Source of the DNA: Paramoeba atlantica
Taxonomy: Eukaryota > Protista > Discosea
Length of the DNA stretch: 64,000 nucleotides
Assembly (NCBI GenBank): GCA_977017575.1
Contig: CDRNVI010000002.1
Span: forward strand, 868,001-932,000
Direction: 5' to 3'
The stretch's first letter is position 1. Every line of letters starts with the position of its first letter. Positions 9,701 to 18,441 of this stretch are shown here, one piece after another. Under the pieces are notes generated by a model. It did not search any database, was not told the DNA's origin, and worked only from the letters and a program-made list of their open reading frames with translations. Position numbers and translations under genes: made by a program.

Positions 9701-11779
9701 CTTCTGAGTCACGCTGTCAGCACAGGGATCATCGACACGACGATACAAAAAGGCTTTCTCCCCAATGTCAATGGAACCATCGAACACACGCAAGCGCTTT
9801 GTGAACTGCTGGATTTTCAGAGGCAGCACAAACGGCAATACTGCTTGGGTCAATTCGACCTGAAAAACGCCTTTGGTTCTCTTCCACACTCGATCCTCTT
9901 CCAAGTATTACAATGGGCAAAGGTGTCGCCGATTATCATCGAATATGTTCACTCCCTCTATACCAGTGCTTCTCTCCGAGTCAAGTGTGCTGAGGGGTTG
10001 ACTAACCACATTCCCGTTGAACGAGGCGTTCTTCAAGGCGACACCCTATCTCCTGTGCTATTCAACCTTGCGATGGAGGTAGTTTTAAGGTACCTTCGAT
10101 CCAGCTTTCCAGGATATGGCATCACATGGGGCGGGCAAGAATCATTCCTTAAGGCGTTTGCGGACGACCTTGCCGTCATTACCAAATCACCCGAAGAAAT
10201 GCAGCATGTTACTAACGCCCTGGTAAAGGTGCTCGCCAGATTAGGCATGCGGCTAAATGTACAGAAATGTCGGCTTCAGTATATGGCTGTAGCGGATGGA
10301 GGATACAAAACCCACAGACCGCACATCCGTGCCGGCGGCGAAAGCATACCCCACGTTTGCGACAAAGGCAGTCAGTTTCTGGGCATGACGCTAGCGCCTG
10401 GAGCCCAACAAGGGAAAGTGTTGTTCAAGAGTCTCCGTACACAACTACGCCACTGGCTTACCAACGTATCTGAAAGTGCCATGGATACGCCCGCCCGCCT
10501 CTGGGTCTACAATAACGTCATTATTTCCCGTCTACGCTACGTTCTGACGGTAAATCCGGGAATCACACTGAATTTCATCCTGCGGCTGCAAAAGCTTGCG
10601 ACTACACACATTCGGAAATGGGTGAATATGGCCAAAACTGCAACCAGCGAACTTCTCTATTCTGAGCGGGGGTGGGCCTTAACTAGTTTCTCAAAGCTGT
10701 GGATACTCTGCACGAGTACACTGGTCGAGCAAATGCAGAAATCACGTGACCCGGCTGTGCAACAGGCTTTAAGACACCGCATCCGCAGGGAACTGCACAA
10801 GCGCTCAACGGGACACGTCCAACCAGTAGTTGAACTGTACGACCGACGAGAAGACCGTGTGGCGACACGGCGGTTCATTGAGAATGAATACGAGCGACAC
10901 CTTTCCGAATCCGTGCAACGACGGGCTCCCATAGCGGCACAGTGGTTCCGTATGGCCACTGAGGACGAACTTGCGAAAGACTTTGCTGCTGCGGTATGTA
11001 ACATCAACAGTGAGGCACTCTCCCGGTTTACTGCATCTGTGTTGACCCAAACACCACTACCTACTCGTTCAGCACTGCGTCGTTGGGGTCTAAGTACGCA
11101 CACGGACACAAAGTGTCCCATTTGCAATGAGGAGGTGCAGACAGTTCGACATGTCCTCACAGGGTGCAAGGTGGCCCTTGAACAGGGCCGCTACACGTTC
11201 CGCCATGATCTTATACTCCACGCTATCGCAGATGCCGTAAGAGCATCCCCAGAAACAGCGCAGTACCACTTTGATCTTTCTCTTTACCGAAACCCCCCAA
11301 CATGGCTAAGTCAACAGGACACGGCCCTTAGACCTGATGGGTGGATCAAGCTACATAATGGTACTGAGTTCATACTTGAGCTCACTTCTCCGTGGGAGGA
11401 AAACTTTTTATCCTCACATGAGCGGAAAGTGCGGAAGTACGGGAATCTGTTTCTCGAAAGGAAAATGACTAACCCGGCAACCTTTCTTCTTGTCATCGAA
11501 GTGGGGGCCAGAGGGAAGCTCAACTCCTCTACGCGAGCGCTCAACTCACTTTTCGGAGGTAACAAGGCCACCGCCTCGCAATGTCGACAGAAGCTTGTCA
11601 AAAGAGCAATACGAGGAAGTTTCGCGATTTTTCAAAACCGCGATAACCCGAGCTGGACGGAAGCCAGCATATAGCGATGATGAAAAGCTTAAGGGAAACC
11701 CGTTTTGTGCGGGGTTTATGCATGATCTACGTGTATTTCTCTTAGGTGACAATCTCTGCAGTCATACTGCATGATAAAC
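6772..11779 (+). mobile_element. Full-length non-LTR retrotransposon, RLE type (HERO/NeSL-like)
   Basis: Single 1613-aa ORF with RT and RLE; boundaries set by the two halves of the interrupted LRR gene; about 60-nt 5' and 105-nt 3' UTR. Confidence 0.9.
6833..11674 (+). CDS. Retrotransposon polyprotein: Cys/His finger array, reverse transcriptase, CCHC knuckle, restriction-like endonuclease
   Basis: RT motifs NWRPISL, QKGF, RGVLQGDTLSP.LF, FADD; CPICNEEVQTVRHVLTGC; RHDLIL; RPDG; ELTSPWEE..ERKVRKY; no stops or frameshifts. Confidence 0.95.
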   Translation: MALPPSTSAPQAQGDLPRGSAGAKSSRKHSFHFTQQRAIPIKIRHSTSSLWIYFSDIHAAASFLTEKKHFNTEITAELSLARTLDTGAKRTDGILIEKCTLQEVMDEEACEHFVFKESAPPHRIFRHASWTAAHADEVLNLSQQYSCPGTLGRAIKKKLAGHDIPGLASFDITHVSQREQTSDEIPWENPKISYDEPLAIRAPRQPNDSRGTRSLRTQPCAHRCLNKLTCLHPCCKVGIESEPIPDPASDPNARQLGEAGSMVDASPHSTASRRPESTRSQPCAHRCLSKRTCLHPCCKVGIEPEPITDPASDLNARQLVEAAPTALVAVQQTASRPGYTLSQPCAYRCLNKLTCLHPCCKIGGECDPASQAGTHRPTGTIQSPHTDSTQLRDEPHQTMYSTTRRPCKHVCRDKQNCKHGCCKVGVLVDSSTPTDPSRPGIPHNETYVASTRDLHAQHIQPTSARKISDTSTVPEGEESSHRPCKHLCHNKEECKHKCCKEGVQSPVKDTRSGSSRWSLRNLLSWGFTTGSTRTNENTAPARTRDGHATGSAAQRYPETHRNMPQDQQQAETTAHHTQARIDVIEETETQVQGTTQQDLPHHDTQPNSIPNVRTILQSQRMRTRNDRSGSPETAEDLLSTLRTIEGGRVMASLSHEQWQRAIKKSFERCKKYLKPAATPTEALRHADLLTACIAVSAYEIAREVDPTKGFKLRSTTGHTKRASRPLSYDRSAKELSGHIRQLKRTLSYTHGRSERDRLIRNIKEATKARNLYTEEANLLRREREKRWVTDRFQRNPWTAGGECLDNNEKMRKQPTIFPNCPQADIETFFKDTLSIGNETHTLPPTDLLGAGNESEMKWEDIDVQTIAAAISSKRPSAAPGPDTISNAFLRRCTELYPFIAQVFNDLLKHSVGPTHWKQAVTRLIHKGGATDKLSNWRPISLTSCLGKLLHSIIGHKLLSHAVSTGIIDTTIQKGFLPNVNGTIEHTQALCELLDFQRQHKRQYCLGQFDLKNAFGSLPHSILFQVLQWAKVSPIIIEYVHSLYTSASLRVKCAEGLTNHIPVERGVLQGDTLSPVLFNLAMEVVLRYLRSSFPGYGITWGGQESFLKAFADDLAVITKSPEEMQHVTNALVKVLARLGMRLNVQKCRLQYMAVADGGYKTHRPHIRAGGESIPHVCDKGSQFLGMTLAPGAQQGKVLFKSLRTQLRHWLTNVSESAMDTPARLWVYNNVIISRLRYVLTVNPGITLNFILRLQKLATTHIRKWVNMAKTATSELLYSERGWALTSFSKLWILCTSTLVEQMQKSRDPAVQQALRHRIRRELHKRSTGHVQPVVELYDRREDRVATRRFIENEYERHLSESVQRRAPIAAQWFRMATEDELAKDFAAAVCNINSEALSRFTASVLTQTPLPTRSALRRWGLSTHTDTKCPICNEEVQTVRHVLTGCKVALEQGRYTFRHDLILHAIADAVRASPETAQYHFDLSLYRNPPTWLSQQDTALRPDGWIKLHNGTEFILELTSPWEENFLSSHERKVRKYGNLFLERKMTNPATFLLVIEVGARGKLNSSTRALNSLFGGNKATASQCRQKLVKRAIRGSFAIFQNRDNPSWTEASI

Positions 11780-11780
11780 A

Positions 11781-11861
11781 AAACTTGGCAAAAATTACTT
11801 TTTCATACCCGAAACTATACCCGAAAAAGTGTTTTTCGGAATTCAAAAGAATAAACAATAG
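11781..11861 (+). pseudogene. LRR protein gene, 3' part (KLGKNYFFIPETIPEKVFFGIQKNKQ*)
   Basis: Manual translation; LGKNYF completes the LxxNxF repeat broken at 6771 and parallels LVENCF and LCENCF near the ends of the two intact paralogs. Confidence 0.75.
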
Positions 11862-12274
11862 TTTGAGAATATTACATCAAATCTACTGTACAGTACTTGG
11901 TGTCTATGCCCTGTAGTACTTGGGTGTACATGCTCTGTGTATTGGGGGATAATACAGTATGTATGAGCTGCACGGGGTTTATTACAAAAACAAATTCGTA
12001 AGATACTACTGAGCTCCAAGAATAACATTTCGATAGCATTCATTGGCTTGCATTCTTTATTCATATTTATTGCGGGTGGCGGGCATTAAAAAACAGACCT
12101 TTCTTTGTTTTTTGTTTTATTTAAAATCACTCATAATTTACATACTTGTTATGTATGTATGTACTTGTTATGAAAAGTTGTGAAAAGTTATGAAAAGGAG
12201 AGTACATTGTGCGTCTTTCGCATACAAAAAATGCTTTTAACTCTTATTTTTCCACTTTTTCGTTTCTAGTACAC

Positions 12275-13222
12275 ATGGCCCTGCGCCGCTTGTTAGATTT
12301 ATGCCGAAAGCATCATGCCACGACACCCATATCTAAAGTACGGGAAAGTTTATCCCAATTGGATTTTCATGGAGACATATATCCGCTCTTAACGGGAAAT
12401 GAGTTACGTGGTAAGAATCAGTGTGACGAGAAAACAGTTACGTCAGGAAAAGCGGATAGAAAAAAGCGTTTTGAAACTTTTGAAGTAGCGAAATATCTTG
12501 CTGACAACTCTCCAATAAGGGGGGGCAATGATGTAGACACACAATATAAAAGAATAGATTTCAACCCTCCGCACAAGAAAATACGTCGATCCGTTTTTCA
12601 TGAAAAGGCAAAGTTTCTTAAAGAGGCCAATCAACGTTCGATAGGCACAGTATGCTTTTCAGAAAATGTTTACCATAGTCTCGTGCTTTTCGCACTCCCC
12701 GCTCACACAACTATTCCTCTTCACGATCATCCTTCCATGCACGTGCTTTTGAGAGTGTTGTGCGGTCGAATAAAAATTCGTGCATTTGACCCTATAGGTT
12801 CTTGCGTCGCGAAAAAGATTACAGGAACTTCTTCGGGACCTCCTTTTGGGAATTCAGTGGCTGTTCATTGTGTGTACGATAGATGGGTCTCAAGCGAAGA
12901 AAATGTACTCCAAATTCATCCCAATGCAAAAGGTGGAGTCTTTCACGAGATTAGTACACAAGATGAGATTGGTGTCTTTATTGATTATATTACACCACCG
13001 TATTACACAGCACCATTACATCTTCCTTGTACTTATTATACCCTAGAAAACATTTCCGGGCCAATGCAAGTTAAACAAAATTCTAAAGAACAAAGCAGAT
13101 CCTCTGAATCTATTGATTCATCTACTCCCGAGTCATGTACTGAACAGATTTTTCATTTACAGGCTCTTTCACGAGAACCTAGCATCCCAATGCATTCTCT
13201 TTCGATGGAACATTCAGCGTAA
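12275..13222 (+). CDS. Cysteamine/plant cysteine oxidase-like thiol dioxygenase (PCO/ADO family)
   Basis: Cupin motifs IPLHDHPSMHVLLRVLCG, GGVFHEI, FIDYITPPY; start moved to ATG 12275. Confidence 0.85.
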   Translation: MALRRLLDLCRKHHATTPISKVRESLSQLDFHGDIYPLLTGNELRGKNQCDEKTVTSGKADRKKRFETFEVAKYLADNSPIRGGNDVDTQYKRIDFNPPHKKIRRSVFHEKAKFLKEANQRSIGTVCFSENVYHSLVLFALPAHTTIPLHDHPSMHVLLRVLCGRIKIRAFDPIGSCVAKKITGTSSGPPFGNSVAVHCVYDRWVSSEENVLQIHPNAKGGVFHEISTQDEIGVFIDYITPPYYTAPLHLPCTYYTLENISGPMQVKQNSKEQSRSSESIDSSTPESCTEQIFHLQALSREPSIPMHSLSMEHSA

Positions 13223-13387
13223 GGAGGTACGTTCCTGAAGGAAAAAGCGCATAATAATTTCGCCACGTAGAAGTGATATGTTTTTAATAGTTAGGTATAA
13301 GGAATTTTTTAAAACGTTTATGATGTGTGTTTCTATGGTGTGTGTTGCATACTCAATGTAGGTTTTTTATATTTTTTCCGACACTTT

Positions 13388-14272
13388 ATGGAAGCGGGAT
13401 CTACCTTCAACCCTTTCTTGTTTTTCGGATTCCCCGACTGGTTGACTAACATTTTTACTTTCTTCAGTGAAGAGCAGATATTGAGCAGAAAACTGGTGAA
13501 ATTGGCAGCCAAATGTGGTTGGTCAGGTCTGAGAGATCGTGCACTGGAACAGCCTTATTGTGATACAGCAGAATCCATATTTAGTTCCGTAAACAACAGA
13601 ATTCGCGATCGACTTCCACCTAAAAATATGGATGATAATAGTTCTGCTACTGAGGCCTCCAATGGCGAGGGGCAGGACACTGAAAAACTTGTTCTTTCCA
13701 GTGCATCACTTTCTGCATCGGGAATACTTTGCAATCTGAAAGCCTCTTCGGCTTTAAACGAATCAGAGAATGCTTATCTAAACTGGTTTCGTCGCTTACC
13801 ACACGGCAAATGCAATTCGCATCTCATCTCTGTTAATGTTGAATTCGTAGAACAGTGGCCTAAAGCCCGGTATGTGGAATGCTGGCGAAACAAAGTGGAA
13901 ATTCCCAAAGATTTCGAAAGCCAAATACCATCGCGGGCAGAGTCCACTTTTCCTGAAAGAAAATCAAGTCCAATGGAACCGGAATTTTGTATTGGGGAAA
14001 TAGAGGTCGTACACCAAGCTTCTTCCGATGTCGATGATGCGAATCCAGAGAAGGGTGGATACGTAGTTGATTTCTCTACATTAAAGCGAAACGTATCATC
14101 CGTGAATATCAATAAAAATGTAAGTACACGAGATCAGACGTTTTCCGTGGAGGATGACAAAAATTCTGGCAATGCTACGCAATTTCTGATCGTACCTGGA
14201 CCGAAGACGGAACCTTTATGTCTTACCGTTTCAACTTATAGTGTATCCACCATTGTATCGTGCGGGTCATGA
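13388..14272 (+). CDS. Hypothetical protein
   Basis: About 294-aa ORF from ATG 13388; no motif recognised. Confidence 0.55.
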   Translation: MEAGSTFNPFLFFGFPDWLTNIFTFFSEEQILSRKLVKLAAKCGWSGLRDRALEQPYCDTAESIFSSVNNRIRDRLPPKNMDDNSSATEASNGEGQDTEKLVLSSASLSASGILCNLKASSALNESENAYLNWFRRLPHGKCNSHLISVNVEFVEQWPKARYVECWRNKVEIPKDFESQIPSRAESTFPERKSSPMEPEFCIGEIEVVHQASSDVDDANPEKGGYVVDFSTLKRNVSSVNINKNVSTRDQTFSVEDDKNSGNATQFLIVPGPKTEPLCLTVSTYSVSTIVSCGS

Positions 14273-15130
14273 ACCTAGCCTCTAAAAGTCTAGCATTTAT
14301 CATGGGACCTTCTTTGGTATTATTCTTTCTAACTAAGCACGTAATGCATGCAGCATAGGCTCTCATGTAACAAAGGTTTGCACATTTTAGCATATTCTAG
14401 TCTCTCCTAGATTTACTTTTATTTTTTTGATTCGGTTTCTCACACGTTTCAAAAATTTGAAATTGGAACTCTCTGGGTTGAGAATCATTGTATACTGAAT
14501 TAAAATAGTGGTTACAGCACACTGGCATTCATGCTTCAATACGACTTGTCCGGAGTGTTGTGATGCGTATTAGCACTCGACAAACATTTATGTGAAGTGC
14601 ACATACAAGACTTGTTAGTTAAACTTCAGATAGGAATTTAGGAGCATTTTTCCTGGTGGGTTTTTTCATGATTGAGCAAGTAGTGTAATAGAGTATCACT
14701 CAGATTTGTACGAACGTTCAATTTTATTTACTCCGACGGCAGCATACAAAAATGGCGCATATGGAATATACATGCAATGTATATACAACACATTGTACAA
14801 TACAATGTATTGATCCAGATTTTAGAAAAGAGAATATAGACTTGAGAAATTAATCTTTTTTCTCTTTTTTTATTACATATTTTCTCATAATCATTATGAG
14901 AAAGTAAATACTTATTAATAGCGAAGAAAATAGGCGCTTCAGACAGTATCAGTATCGTAGCTATTCTGTACCAGTATATGAACATGGGTACATCATACAT
15001 AATATGGTCCATAATATTTATATGGTCCATTTATCTTTATTGCCATCTTATAGTAAAATAACTATAAATTATCGCACTTATCGTTAGAGACAATGTTGTT
15101 AGGGTTTCTGGTACTTGTACGCATCTATCC

Positions 15131-15847
15131 ATGACATCACTCGATTCAGCTACCCCTTCAGGAGATTCAATATTTCTTGTCCTGACATATTTACACCCGG
15201 AGATGCTTCCCGAGCATCTAACGCAGCTTCTTTCCCCTTTTTCCCACATCACGTCAGTGGATATATGCCACAATCCACCCCCTTCACGTGGCACCGTTCA
15301 AGTGGAATCTACTGAGGCTGCAGATCTTCTCATCTCCGCGCTGCACGGTCGATATTCTCTGTGCGCGCATCCCCTTATTGTGGCGTACAGCGAGAAAACA
15401 GCCCAAATTTCGCCTTTTGGCATCGCGCACAGTGTCACTATCAGAGAGTTAATTGGCGGAGCCGGACGACCCTCAGGAGTGCTATCACACTCTCCTCCCG
15501 GAGTGCGTTCATCTTTTCCCAATGAAACTTCTGCGCTACGAACGGGCACAACTTCCGCAATGCCTTCAAACCCTGTTTACTCGGGAATTTTTAACCCATC
15601 ACTACCTTCCCCGATAGCTGAAGCGGTTCCCTTATCTTTTCACGTTGCACCCCCTTTAACCACGCACTTACATTCACATCCATATCGCAATTCTACATCA
15701 CATCGAAACGAAAACCCTGTTTTATTAACTGGCTTACATCGCGGAGTCAGAAGTACGAACGGAAATACCGGAGCAAGAGAGATGCAAAAATTAAATCCCA
15801 GTGCACAACCTTTTGAACCATCGCGCGCAGAGCACCAAAATAAATAA
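15131..15847 (+). CDS. RRM-like protein with C-terminal PAM2 (PABP-interacting) motif
   Basis: N-terminal RRM-like pattern (LVLTYLHPEM...RGTVQVESTEAADLLISALHG); C-terminal KLNPSAQPFEPS fits the PAM2 consensus LNPxAxxFxP. Confidence 0.65.
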   Translation: MTSLDSATPSGDSIFLVLTYLHPEMLPEHLTQLLSPFSHITSVDICHNPPPSRGTVQVESTEAADLLISALHGRYSLCAHPLIVAYSEKTAQISPFGIAHSVTIRELIGGAGRPSGVLSHSPPGVRSSFPNETSALRTGTTSAMPSNPVYSGIFNPSLPSPIAEAVPLSFHVAPPLTTHLHSHPYRNSTSHRNENPVLLTGLHRGVRSTNGNTGAREMQKLNPSAQPFEPSRAEHQNK

Positions 15848-16097
15848 GTTATTTCAGCATTTTTTCTGTTCTTGAGAGATATTACTGTCGTAAAAAACTT
15901 TCTATGTGAAGTACATTGATTCAGGTCCTTCTTCGGTTCTTTTTTATTCTATTTGTTAATCGCTGGGACTTCCTCGGATCACATTTACGAAAACATCACC
16001 TCGTTTTTCCTACTTTGAGTAGCAGCGACGTAATCTTCTACTTTCCTTTATGATGATAGAAAACAAGTGACGTATATTTCAGAAGTCTGACCCACTG

Positions 16098-17228
16098 ATG
16101 CAACGCACTTTGCTCCGTTTTCACGGGCTCCTTCAATTTCCCTGTGGCTCTGGTCACCTCACGATCGGTCGCGGAACTGAATTTATGGTCCCCAGCAACG
16201 ACATTTACCACGATCCCGTAGCGCTGCGTGAACGTCTCGACCTCGACGGCTTTCTATACTTTAAAGACATTCTTCCCCGTGACCACCTCACACGCTCCCT
16301 CCTCTCCCTACAAATCCAACTCCAACACCTTGGTATACTTCTCCCCAACAGTTTTGAATTTAATCCTCACTACCACAACCTTAAAACCAACCCACCCCAA
16401 ACAAACCCCCCAAACCACCCGCCCTCAGAAATCCAACCTCAATGCCACAACAACAACAACAATGATAACAACAACAATAACAACAACAACAATGATAACA
16501 ACAACAACAATTGCAATAACAACAATAGCATCAACAACAATAATAATAACCACAACAACAACAACAACAGCAACAATAATAATCATGACCACAACCCCCT
16601 CCCCCCACCCCCCCTCGACCTCCCCTCTCTCACCCACGGCCCCAAACTCCTCTCCATCGTCCGCCACGTCTTCGGCGCCCCCGTCCGCCCCTTCCCCGCC
16701 CCCACCGCCGCCCTCCTCGAGGTCGCCCCCCGCGCCGAGCCCCACACCTTCCACATGGACGCCGTCTACCTCACCCGCGGCACCCGCCTCGTGTTAACCG
16801 CCTGGCTCCCCCTCACCGACACCCCCCTCCGTCGCGGCCCCCTCGTGTGTGTGCGCTCCAGCAACTCCCACCCCAGCACCGAGAGACTGCGCCACACCTA
16901 CGGGCTCTACGACGCCCACAGCGGGGCCGTCGCCGGGGCCGGGGGGTACAGCGCGGACCCCCGGGAGGTGGAGGGGATGGGTCGGGGGTGCGTGACGGCC
17001 TCGATGAGGGCCGGGGACCTGGTGTTGTTCGGGGTCTACACCATGCACGGGTTTCTAACGAACCAGTGTGCCGGGGTGCGGGTCTCCGCGGAGTCGAAGT
17101 GGTTTCTGGAGGGGGATGGGGCGGGACCGGATGAGAGGTATTGCGGGCATAGGGTGGGGGGTGGGGGTGGGGGGGTGGGGAAGGTGATGAGTTTGGAGGA
17201 GGCGAAGAGGACGGTGTGGGGTTTGTGA
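16098..17228 (+). CDS. Phytanoyl-CoA dioxygenase (PhyH) family 2OG/Fe(II) oxygenase with poly-Asn insert
   Basis: DGFLYFKDIL, HMD (HxD), LTAWLPLTD..GPL, MRAGDLVLF...MHG. Confidence 0.8.
   Translation: MQRTLLRFHGLLQFPCGSGHLTIGRGTEFMVPSNDIYHDPVALRERLDLDGFLYFKDILPRDHLTRSLLSLQIQLQHLGILLPNSFEFNPHYHNLKTNPPQTNPPNHPPSEIQPQCHNNNNNDNNNNNNNNNDNNNNNCNNNNSINNNNNNHNNNNNSNNNNHDHNPLPPPPLDLPSLTHGPKLLSIVRHVFGAPVRPFPAPTAALLEVAPRAEPHTFHMDAVYLTRGTRLVLTAWLPLTDTPLRRGPLVCVRSSNSHPSTERLRHTYGLYDAHSGAVAGAGGYSADPREVEGMGRGCVTASMRAGDLVLFGVYTMHGFLTNQCAGVRVSAESKWFLEGDGAGPDERYCGHRVGGGGGGVGKVMSLEEAKRTVWGL
16449..16583 (+). repeat. (AAC/AAT)n coding microsatellite (poly-Asn)
   Basis: Runs of aac/aat codons seen directly. Confidence 0.9.
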
Positions 17229-17422
17229 GGAAAGGGGGGAGGGGGGGGAAATACGGGAAGCCTGTTTTGAAATGGTTTTGATCACATTCAAGATAAAGCC
17301 CCTTTCTCAAAGAAGGTTTCTTCTTTTATATTCGTTATGTTCTTTTTTTGTCGAGACCATCCCATTATTTATACCAACCTATTTTCCTACACAATCTGTT
17401 TCAACTTTACACACACACACCC

Positions 17423-18133
17423 ATGCTCCACCGCACCTCTCTGCGACGCTGGTTGCGTAACCCCCACGGGGACAAGCAAACCCCACCCGAGACATTTTTT
17501 CCCTACCGAACGGAAAAAATTCTCTTCAAGTATTCCCACGGGGAGAAGTACGAGGGACCGTTGTGTCGACGACTAAAGAAGCCAGACAAGTACCGCCCCC
17601 ATGGCATCCCGCGTGATCTCGGGGAGTACCCTCGGAACTACGTGCTGCGACATCTCTACTTCAACCAACCTATCAGTGCCCCCGGGTTATGGGAGGTGTT
17701 AAAGAAACAGCCCGACGTGCCGCTGGACTCCCGACGTCACCTTACGCTGCTGCTCAAGTGGGCACGTCTGGAGGACTGGGTTTTCTTTGAGAAGAACCAG
17801 GACAGCAATCAGTGGGTGTGTAACATTACACGGAATAAGTACCCCGAGGTTCAGACCCTGGTACGGGAATACCGTGACGCGGAGAGAAAGGCGGAAGAGG
17901 AAAAAAAGATGAGCCAGCGGCTGGAGGAAACAGAGAAGGAAAAGGAGGTGAGATTTCTTAGGAAGCAAAATATGCAGCTTTTACAATGGGAGCTTATTCA
18001 AGCCGCCGAGCGTTTATATGAGTATGACCCGGAGGAGTATCTTCAATTACCGTTTGTAAAAGAGCCCCACGTGTATCGTCTCCAATGGTATAAGCCGGAT
18101 TCTACTGAACTCTTAGATTTGTCTGGAAAATAG
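17423..18133 (+). CDS. Hypothetical protein, probably mitochondrial
   Basis: MLHRTSLRRW is presequence-like; C-terminal charged helix; no family recognised with certainty. Confidence 0.6.
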   Translation: MLHRTSLRRWLRNPHGDKQTPPETFFPYRTEKILFKYSHGEKYEGPLCRRLKKPDKYRPHGIPRDLGEYPRNYVLRHLYFNQPISAPGLWEVLKKQPDVPLDSRRHLTLLLKWARLEDWVFFEKNQDSNQWVCNITRNKYPEVQTLVREYRDAERKAEEEKKMSQRLEETEKEKEVRFLRKQNMQLLQWELIQAAERLYEYDPEEYLQLPFVKEPHVYRLQWYKPDSTELLDLSGK

Positions 18134-18441
18134 TATTGAACTTAAAAATATTTATTAAGTTGGAATCCTTTAGCTGCATGATGATTGTATCCAATAATAG
18201 CGGAAACTGCCCTCGGGCCTTCATGAAAAGCTTTACTCCAAAGTGCACTGACGCAAGGTTTTCCTACTGTAGAAGTAATATGGTAAATTATCCGAAAAGT
18301 TAGTTAGGAGTTAGTAATTTGCACTTTTATGTTCATTTCGCTTTCGAATTTGTATTCGGTTTTCTTCATTAATGTTGGTAACTTTGCAGTTAAAGCGCAA
18401 CACATAGTTTCGCGAAGCCACTCAATCCGGAGACGCAGTAA

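Noticed and set aside
16228-17310. Overlapping Thr/Pro-rich and Gly/Val-rich ORFs (also around 28.3-28.7 and 39.4-40.3 kb)
   Set aside because: Stop-poor alternative frames caused by the C- or G-skew and the AAC repeat; the main frames carry the conserved motifs
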